A stretch of 59,315 nt of DNA, counting the filler, from Sphacelaria rigidula (taxonomy: Eukaryota): assembly GCA_964200075.2 (NCBI GenBank). It is 7 parts of 7 records of this genome, joined end to end, with 100 filler letters (N's around TTAATTAATTAA, not from the genome) between each part and the next. Parts side by side here need not be neighbours in the genome. Positions count along the whole stretch, not along the records: positions 42,443 to 50,829 come from CAXNAA020011307.1; positions 50,930 to 59,315 come from CAXNAA020011308.1; 5 more parts are not named here. One strand, written 5' to 3'. The notes under the pieces were generated by a model. The model did not search any database. It was not told where the DNA came from and saw nothing but the letters and a program-made list of their open reading frames with translations. Of this stretch, positions 50,217 through 59,315 are shown piece after piece (positions within the stretch are counted from its first letter, which is position 1; every line of letters begins with the position of its first letter). The position numbers and the translations under genes were made by a program.

Positions 50217-51351
50217 GTGAGACGGCTTGACCCTAGCGCTAAACGTGGGGCCCATATTGGCGAATTTCAATGACAGCTTTCTCCGCATGTAAATGAAGAT
50301 GGGCTTGTACCTGGTATCTCGGTTGACAACGACACTGTATTACACACCAGTTACTGTGTAAGCTAGGCAACCAGCTTACCAAGTTTTTTCTCGCTCGAAT
50401 TGTTTTGCGGCAACCATGAGAGTGGCTGAGTTAGATCATAATGTACGGGGTGAATAACCTCAACTCCGCGTGAAGGGGGTGGTCGTACTGCGTAGTGTTT
50501 TAATGGTGAGACACCCACGAGGTAGTGTAACCCGTAGCTGTCTCTGGGAGTGACAATGCCAGAGAGAAAAAAACTCATGCGATGCTGTAGTCCATACGCA
50601 AGATACCTAATACGCCTTGGGGCGGACAATCTTAGCAGGATGCAGGTCACTACTCATGCAACTCGCCGGACACATCACGGCACGGCGCTTCGTGCTTGGT
50701 GACTGCGAGCCTGGTCCGACGAAAACCCGGCGTGCTCCGTCCCAGCTTTGTAGCAATGCGAGGTCAATGGTCTAATGACTACGACAAGCAATATCATGAG
50801 TACCCCTCCCCGGCCTCCCTCACCCTTACNNNNNNNNNNNNNNNNNNNNNNNNNNNNNNNNNNNNNNNNNNNNTTAATTAATTAANNNNNNNNNNNNNNN
50901 NNNNNNNNNNNNNNNNNNNNNNNNNNNNNCCCTAGTATAGCCATCGGGGGGGGGGGGGGAATAAATTATTGCTCGCCGTAGTCATTTGACCATTCACCAC
51001 ACATCCCTTCCCAGACGGAGCACCGCTGCTACTCCTAATTGGTGGGTGGGGGGGGCGTACTCATTTGTTGCTTGCCTTGGTCGTTTGATCATTGACCACG
51101 CATTCCTTTCGAGGCGTGGGGGGGGGGGGGGACGGGAGGTTGACATGAACTCTACCGTGACTTCATCAAACTTACCTACAACTCTCCCATCAGCCTGGTT
51201 TGAAAAACGCCTGTTCGTGTCACTAATTTCATTACTGTAACCTTCATCTCGAAAGGGGGAGACATGGTTGGGCTCAGCATTTTGATCAGCTGGCGTAGAC
51301 TCAAGTTGTCAAGAGAAATTCACATAAACAGCATCGATCAGACCCGCTCAC

Positions 51352-51453
51352 CTCGTAGTAGTGCTCCTTGATGACCATCTCGAAATCCAGTCCTGTGAAC
51401 TCGCAGAGATGACGGTGCGTCCTCGACTTCTCCGCTCGAAATACGGGTCCCAC
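51352..51453 (-). CDS. DARS1: Cytosolic aspartyl-tRNA synthetase exon (motif 2)
   Basis: VGPVFRAEKSRTHRHLCEFTGLDFEMVIKEHYYE, with CAG/GTGAG boundaries. Confidence 0.95.
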
Positions 51454-52262
51454 CTGTACCCTCGGAGAGACGACCGCACAGCCAAGCGCTTGAGGATACA
51501 AAAAGGCTACCCATCTCTTTTGGATACGACGAGTAAGCTACTGGAATATTCAATTTTCGCCACCTGAACAAGCATTTCAACGTTCAAAATCATGGCACGA
51601 AGCGTTTACATTGGGACGTAAAACATGGAAGACTAGAACGTGACCAAAGCATGTCGCAAAAACTCAGAGGAGAGGACGGGGGGAGGGGGCTCTCCCTCCT
51701 ACTCAGTGCGTGGTTACAACTGTATTTTCTACGTACAACCGGAAGCGTCAAGCTCCTCCAGTACAGCGCTGGCATCGCGGACCCGTCTGGGTACAGTCAG
51801 CAGGTTGGCTGTCTCAGCCACTCTGATGGATGTGTTTGGCAGAGTTATTTACATCGCCACCAGGCGCTATTTTTTTCCCTTCTTTTTCCCGTTTTTCGTC
51901 GTAATTGGAGCATACTCCGCTTTCTCGAGAGGGGGAGGACAAGCTATAGTCTTCGAGAAAAACGAGCACGTCTGAAGTACCCAACATAAAAAAAAAAGTC
52001 GCACAGGTGCCACGGGGGGAGAACCTGAACGAGATCGCCTCCCAGACACCAAAACATTCCACGCCTCTCCCTCAATTCTATCATCCATCAAAACCCACGA
52101 TATTTTTTGCGCTATAAGCTCTCCCGGAAGCCAATACTGCTGTCGAGAAAACATATTTCGCCAGCGCAAACACACACTATCTCGTAAAGCACCCGCCCCT
52201 CTCCCCCGTTCCGACCACCCTGCGAGCCAACGACCAAACGCCTCCCTATCAGGCAGACACAC

Positions 52263-52427
52263 CTCCATCACACGTCCAAGCCCCCCGCAGGCCGCCGCCA
52301 TCTGCTTATACAGTTGCGGGCTTTGCGCGAGGCACGCCGGCTTGCCGAAGTAGTCAGTCATGAACACCTCGGATCCGCCCTCGGACGCCCCAGCCAACAG
52401 CTTGGGGGTGTGGATCTCCACAAAGCC
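52263..52427 (-). CDS. DARS1: Cytosolic aspartyl-tRNA synthetase exon
   Basis: GFVEIHTPKLLAGASEGGSEVFMTDYFGKPACLAQSPQLYKQM, with CAG/GT boundaries. Confidence 0.95.
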
Positions 52428-53569
52428 CTGGAGTCCAATCAATTTCGAAGGTGTAGTTGCGTTTTTTAGTGACCGGGTGCGGTAATGTTCGTCAAGGCGG
52501 TGGTAGTGGTTCGTTATGTTTGTGATACCGAGGGCTGTTCATTAAGCAAAAGATAACTACATGCTGCAGTTTTTGCCGTGTCTGTTTCTAATTGTGCCCT
52601 TGATGAAAAAAAAAGGAATGAGCTTCGCACGACCGTACGGGCAAGGTTGGGTAGAAGAAAAAAAAAAAGCAAGAAATGATAAAAAGACATGCAAGCTCTT
52701 TCATCTCGTCGCAGAGATCGCAGTGTTTGCACAAGAGCATGAATGGAGAAAATGTACCCGTAGTGACGAGAGAACAAGGTGAAATAGAAAGAGCCAGTAC
52801 CGCGTTCTCCCACCCCCGGCCCAAGATCTCGTTGTCAACGTAGCGTACGCAATCACACCGCTTGGCGACAGCTTCAGCCTACATGGAAGTCCACCACGAG
52901 GGCGTGAGATGGTCCAACACCCGTGAATCATCCTCCCTTCCTCATCCTTTCCCCACCCTTCCTTATCGTTGGGTCACGGCAAGTAAGAGGTTGTTCGCTA
53001 CGCATTTCCAGAAACAGTACAGTACAGGCCACCAACACATTGGGTATACAGCAAGCGAACAAAACTCGATATGGAATACATCAAACACTACAGAGAATGT
53101 TGAAAAAAAAAAGGCGACCCCAACTCCCCCTCCCCTTCCCCTCCCCCGTCGTCGTCGAGAGCTTTTCAAAGTTCGCCAAGTTCCTCGCTGATGGAAACCA
53201 CTTTGATCAAAAGCTGCAACCCTTCCTGAACACACACACAAACACACAAACACACCACACCATGCGAAGAGTGCAAGAAATAAAGTGAACCCTTTCGGAA
53301 CCGGTGATGAAACAAATGGCGATTTACAATTGACGTTTTCTTGGGGCAAGATATGGCTCTTTCTCTGCAAGTCTTGTAATACAGCCAACCAAAACGACGC
53401 ACTACTCTAAGTTCAAGTATAGTAATGACAGATTCGTGCACCGCACTCCGAGTCATGTTTTCCCGGTGACGAAAGCTAGCATATGGGACTTTGTACTGTT
53501 TTTTGCGAGTTCCAAAAAGGTTCACGCCCACCACAACCACCAACCGATAACAGCAGCAGCAGCACGCAC

Positions 53570-53698
53570 CTTCGAGCTCAAGTAATTCCTAAAGTACTGG
53601 CACACGGCCGACTGGATCTTGAATATGCCGTGGTTTGCCGGAGTGCGAAGGTCAATCCAGCGGTGGTCCAACCTTGTGTCCGCCGCCACTGTAGGATT
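53570..53698 (-). CDS. DARS1: Cytosolic aspartyl-tRNA synthetase exon
   Basis: NPTVAADTRLDHRWIDLRTPANHGIFKIQSAVCQYFRNYLSSK, with CAG/GT boundaries. Confidence 0.93.
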
Positions 53699-54208
53699 CT
53701 GCGCAGCATCATGGAATTGAGATACACACGCATATACGGTACAAACAAGGAAAAACACGGAACGGTTGCCTTCGTGATGAGCAAAAATAACAATGAGGAA
53801 AGCTCCGAGAACACGACGTACCCTTGCCGCAGCTTAGACTGTCTACAGTAGTGCAGGCGCTGTGTCGATGTGCTCTATTTTTACTGTCCGCGTTGGTTGG
53901 CGGATGCAGTGTAAAGGCACATACCGCTCAACAGTCGGGTAGAGGGAAAGTCTCTCGTTGGGGACTAGACGGCAATCAAGCTGCTGGTCGTGGGCAATGG
54001 CCGATCGTGGATGCCGCACAGGGGACAGGAAATCACGAAATCCCAAGAAAACTGAGAGTTCTCTACACCGCTCGAAATTGACTGAAATTGTAAGCTAACG
54101 CAGCAGGAACAAAGAACAGAACATGAAGACAGGGAGGAGACTGTTTTTTTCTCGTGAAATTTATGAGACAGACGCCAGTGCGTCCGGCAGCGAGTGTGTT
54201 TGTTGGAT

Positions 54209-54580
54209 GTGTTGTCGTCCCATCTATTCTGGACGCCGGTCTACACCATTCGGTATATGTGGGCGCACCAGCCGGGGGGGGGGGGTCACACAGGAAGAAG
54301 TCCAACACATGCAGGATTCGTTTTTCTTCTGTTTGTTTCTCGGTTCTTCACCTTCCTTCTGCGATGCTTGCCTTTTTTTTGTTTTCTTCATCGCGAGAGG
54401 GGTTCAGCAATCCCTTTCCCTCGTCGACCATCAAGTCTAATTTTGTGTACCCACGACATAGTCGCTCTCCGCTGTTGGACATTGTGTAAGAAAAAATCCC
54501 CGATCGCTCCAAGATTCGAACCCACGACCCAAGCGTCAGAGGGTTTCGAGGTTACCGACTGAGCCACCGGGGCGACCGGC
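54209..54580 (-). mobile_element. tRNA-derived SINE
   Basis: Third copy of the family, with head TGGCTCAGTCGGT...GGTTCGAATC. Confidence 0.8.
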
Positions 54581-55600
54581 AGGTGGGGCGAATAAGAATA
54601 AATCAGTTCAACATTCCCAGCAGGGCCCACGCAGGAAGCGAGTGCATAAACCGGCCGAGAAGCGAGCGCTGAAACGTCGAGCTTCGGGTTTTCAGTGAAG
54701 CCAGAACTGCACACATCGGACAGCTCATGAGCTACTCGAATTTTACTCTATATCGGTGTATGATACTGATTCGGATCATGAGTTACAGCTCATTCGGCCC
54801 CTGTTTTTTGCATAGTTGCTCCCCACAGCCGTGGGCGCCGAGCATGCGGAGTGGCGCAAAAGCAGCAGACCCTGCTGTCACGTATCTTGTGTTCTTGGAC
54901 AAGGGATATAAGAAGAGTCCTCTTTGATTTGTTATTTTAGGTAGCCAGCTCATGACAAGTACGACGTGTGCAGATCGATCGGCTGCTTGCTCATACCGGC
55001 AATCACTGGCGAGCGACCATGAGCAAGAAAACACAACCAGACCTCAGACCCAGACCGAAGGATTCAAGGGTCGGATGAAGTGATGATTGGTCTGAAAATG
55101 ACTTGATTCTCGTGTGATTGATTCGTACCGCACGAATCGAATCCTTAGGTCTTGTTTTCAGCGTTGCAACCCAGGTAAGCGCAGCCCAGGCACATGGAAT
55201 GGCGCAAAAATTACGGTGAGACCTTCTTGACCAGCCCTCAACTTCTTTCTCTCTTTCGAGCAACCAGGCCTGAGAAATCGTGGATTTGATGACTCGAACC
55301 GGCGACGATTCATCCGGACCGTGAAAAGACTGTCCACGACGCTGCAGCAAATCTCTCCGCTAAAACGCATCATTTTACTGACCGATCCCCAACCTCCACA
55401 CCCACCTTCCAAAGTGGTCCCCGACCATGCCCAGCCAGGTGGTTCCGATCCTTGAGACCATACCTCATCACACAGTTGCATTTGTGGGTCACGGTGACTA
55501 TTACACCCGCATGGGGGAGACGAAATGGGAGAAGAAAGCAGAGGCAAGTATGCAAGTGTATATTGTAGTTTCAGGCCCACGCACTACTGTACGCACGCAC

Positions 55601-55708
55601 CTTCCCCTCCTTCTCCTCTCTCTTTTCCTCCTCCGGCGTGAGGTCTGGCCGCATAGCATCGGCCACGATGAGCGGTAGGAAAGTTTCCGCCGCGCTCACG
55701 ACATGGAT
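55601..55708 (-). CDS. DARS1: Cytosolic aspartyl-tRNA synthetase exon
   Basis: IHVVSAAETFLPLIVADAMRPDLTPEEEKREEKEGK, with AAG/GT boundaries. Phase 0/0. Confidence 0.88.
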
Positions 55709-57898
55709 CTTTCCAATACACAGGACAGCCACAGCAACGACAACAACGCCAATACACACACACACACAAGAGGGATGGGGCAGTATGCGCACATTTGACA
55801 TGAAAAAATATATATATTACTGGTAGAAATTAATGTTTGTGCATGTAGTTGCAATCGGGTTCAGGATGAGCACGCTACAGACGGGGGACAGCGTAAATAG
55901 AACAAACAGCACGGAGCATCTCCAGGGGAGAGCGGACAAGGCAAGAAAGGGGGAAGAGTTCCCAATGCTTGTAAACGCAAAGACACAACACCAGTCTCGC
56001 AAAACCTGCAACCAAGGACGATCCCTCTCCGCCCCCCTACATCTGTCTCCGTCTGACCCTCTCCCTCCTTCCCACCGCATCTTTCATTTTTGTCTGCGTG
56101 CCTGCGTCGTTCGCCTGTTACTGCTGGCGACTGACTTACTGTTGGCGTGGTCCAACAGGCGAAACAAACCCAATCCTACAACTCCTCGCACATCAGAATG
56201 CCCAAGAGGCAGCAAACAAGTGAAACGCCGACAACAACTCAGCACGACGACCACAACAACAAATGAACAAAAAAGGCCTCTCCACCTGTTGTGCAGGTAT
56301 CACACAAAAAAAACTTGTTCAGTTTTTGAGCTTTGTAACCTGGAAAGTATGACTTTGATTATGCTCCAGTATTTTTTCTTCGCGAGAATCGAGTGTTCCA
56401 ACGCCTAAATCCTGATAGAAACTGGACCAAAATCAAAAATGTCGCCACGCGGTGGAGTATGCTCCTCTCCGCCCAACATCACAGCGTCCGCGCTTCTGGA
56501 GGGATTTTTTCTGCCGTGAATTTTCATTCGGAAAACTTGAAGTTCGACAAAAAAAGGCGGTAGAACGTACTCTTGGAAACTCAACTGTCCCTTACTGCCC
56601 GACCCTACCCTGTCCATCGGTAAGACAACGTACAAGCCTTGCTGCCTAGCAAGCACACTATTTTGTCATCTCATGCAACACGCACAACAACACCACAACA
56701 GTGGACAGCTGCTGTGTATGCTTGTATACTACTGGTGGCATAGCCTAGTTCGTGCTATGAAATGTTATCTGAAAGCCTGGCTGATACCTCTCCTCGATTA
56801 CACCAGCAGCTTTAACCCTTTTGGAACCCATTGATAAATCTTGTTTTCGTGGATTGAATCGGCATCATTTTCACTCATCTTCGAGTCAAAATGATGCCGA
56901 TTCAATCCACAAGAACAAAAATCGTCAACGGGTTCCCAAAGGATTCAAGGTGCTGTTCTTGTTTCGGAAGTATAGTCACTACACACAGAGGTACAGTCCG
57001 TAGACCTGCGGCAATTTTGTCTGCCCCAGCAGCGCACACAACTTTCATAGCCCTTAAAACAATACTGCACAGATGCGTCAAACCAGGCCAGTGGAATTCG
57101 CAGCCGGGCAAGGGTCGGCCTCACGGCTGTTGCACAAAGGCCTGAGAATTTCCGTGCACACCGTACGCGTCCCGCCCACGTCACCTACACATGTCTGCGG
57201 TATTTTTCGCTGGTCCTACGCACGCAAGTCACAGCATCGCCTTTCGAGGAAGCAACACAGCACGAGCATCTGGGTGACCATACATACGATAGTTCCGCAA
57301 CCATGCACAGTCACTGGTGACGACACAAGTCCGTCAGGGCTGGTCTAGGTCACTGCAGTCTCTTGGCTGTGGAGCAATCAACTCTTCACCTCCGGTAGAC
57401 TTCCCACTTGCATTTTCCGCGTCTTTTCTCTCCATGACCAAAACTGATCCCGGTCCGCCCAGTTGCCTCATAAAAACCGAGAGAAAAAAAATTCCATTGC
57501 CAACCTCGATTTTCTTCGTTCTTTCTTCACGGCATTCATGCGTACCCAAATTGTGTTTGGGGTTCTTCGTGTTCCTAACATCTCCAGCGGCATACCGATA
57601 CCGTTGATCAACACCCTCGAGGCACTCGTTCTGTCGGGCATTTGAATTAAACACCATGAAACAAATGTGCCAGAAAGTCACCACTCACTTGATTCCAGTG
57701 TACCGCCACATTCATCAATTTCTCGTACCCAGAAAAAAATGGAAAGAGCATTTTGCGCCCGCTGATTTTTTCTGGTCGTTTCATATTAACTGAGACAAAG
57801 GTACCCCTCTTCCCTCCTCCCCCGTCCCCCCTCCCAGCCCACCGTCCTCCTTTCCCTATCTTCCCCGCCCCATACTCTAGTCGGGGTTTTTTCTTCAC

Positions 57899-58112
57899 CT
57901 CCTCAATTTTGAGCTCCACTTCCTTCTGGGTGCAGCCAGATACAGGGGTGGGCGCGAGGACCACCTCGCCCTTAACATCCACCACAGACTCCTTCGAGAT
58001 TTCTTCGACATAATGGACCATTGGCCTCCCAATGTCGCCGCCCACGAACGCGGTGGCCTGCAGGGTGAAAAGCGCCTCTCGAAGCACAACAAACACCCCC
58101 TTTTTCAATGAC
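57899..58112 (-). CDS. DARS1: Cytosolic aspartyl-tRNA synthetase exon (anticodon OB fold)
   Basis: VFVVLREALFTLQA...ISKESVVDVKGEV...PVSGCTQKEVELKIEE, with CAG/GT boundaries. Confidence 0.92.
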
Positions 58113-59315
58113 CTGTGAAGTGTGGACGAGCAGTGTGTTTTTTTTCGGGTGGAGGGGGGGGGGTACTCATTTGTTGCTTGCCTTAGTCGTTTTACCATTG
58201 ACCACTTTCAAGACGGAGCACCGTTCCAACTCCTAACATAGACACAACTCCAACATTCAAGTGCTCGTTATGTTTCTTCCATGCATCACGAGCTGAGCGA
58301 GCAGTAAATCCCGCATTAGCTTTCCACACCACAACTTCTCAAGTTTTCCAAATCAGCGCAACTTGAGCACATCGCTGTCAAGTGCAGACTAACCTGGCAA
58401 CACACGGCACCGCCGCTGGATGAAGAGGAAAAAAAAAAGTTGTACTGCATAATATGTCACCTTAACGACGGACAAAAAAATAAGAGAACCTGTCGGGATT
58501 TCAAGTCATGATCACTTGAATTATAGGGGCGAGGCCGTGTCACACGACAAGTGCCATGCCGCGCCCAATTTGAGGTATTCTCGGCTGAAACTTCACCAGA
58601 ATGTCGTTGACGCAAGTGCCCGTATGTCTTCGGGTGTTGGCGTCATTTTCACATTTTTTCACGGAAGTTAAAGCATTTCCTCTGTTTTCGTTGAAACTTC
58701 AACGCCCTCTAACTTCCCGTTCGTTTTTTTCCTCTGCACCTCCAATAGTGTTGCGCGGGTTGATGAGCAAAATGTCATGTCAGATTTTCAGCGCCCAACT
58801 CTTCGAATTATCAATGACATCTCCACTCTTCGTTCGAAAATCACTGTCAGCTGGCCCAGCTCGTACATAAAAAACCTTCGACATATCTCATCCCCGTCCT
58901 GTCTTGCGTGTTTTCTGGGGAGGGGTCAAGAGAGGAATTGAGATTTGAGTGTTGTTGTCGTGATATGTCAATATAAAATCAAATTGACATAGGAAAGACA
59001 AAGCCGAGCATCTATTGCCCCATAGGACTTCGTGAATGATTCGTTGTTTTTGTCGCTCTTGTTGTCGTTGTCGTCATCGCTGTGCTTGTTTTCCTCTACC
59101 GACACCAGGTTCCTTGCTGTTTGTGAGATAACAACGATCGCAGCACGCGCCGCGAGCAGCCAAGATATAAACCGAATCGATCCGTCTATCGAGTATTTCC
59201 CCTCCTCCGACAAACAACATAGCATGTATATACTTCGAAGTAGAATATTTCGAACTCACGAGCGTCAAGCATACTTTGTAACGAGGCGTCCACGAGATTC
59301 AATGCTGATTTTAGT

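Noticed and set aside
34892..58112. Apparent functional cluster of GCN2 (tRNA sensor) and AspRS, or of Golgi COG6 and the sulfotransferase
   Set aside because: The genes lie on different, artificially concatenated contigs.

Overview
This is eukaryotic, intron-rich, repeat-rich nuclear DNA. A stramenopile such as a brown alga fits best, inferred from the short exons, 0.6-3 kb introns, gene content and TE mix, but that is not proven. The window is not one locus. It is seven contigs of 8390, 8389, 8388, 8388, 8387, 8387 and 8386 bp, sorted by length and joined by artificial 100-bp spacers (N44-TTAATTAATTAA-N44). Contig 1 holds MITEs and other repeats plus the last exon of msrB (-). Contig 2 holds three COG6 exons (-). 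Contig 3 is a decayed Ty3/Gypsy element whose RT YIDD motif is split by a MITE. Contig 4 holds a decayed LINE split by a hAT MITE, plus three exons of a two-pore-channel-like gene (-). Contig 5 holds four exons of the GCN2 HisRS-like domain (+). Contig 6 holds four exons of a PAPS-dependent sulfotransferase (+), with a near-perfect ~1.2-kb fold-back (~510-bp arms) in one intron. Contig 7 holds five exons of cytosolic aspartyl-tRNA synthetase (-). The best leads are the intronic long hairpin, two related LINE families that end in GAGTAC plus a C-tract and sit within C-tracts, MITEs with 4-bp TSDs (Sola-like), and an unusually extended Gypsy polyprotein. I found no CRISPR, rRNA or intact tRNA genes. 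All protein identifications come from motif recognition by eye, not database searches.
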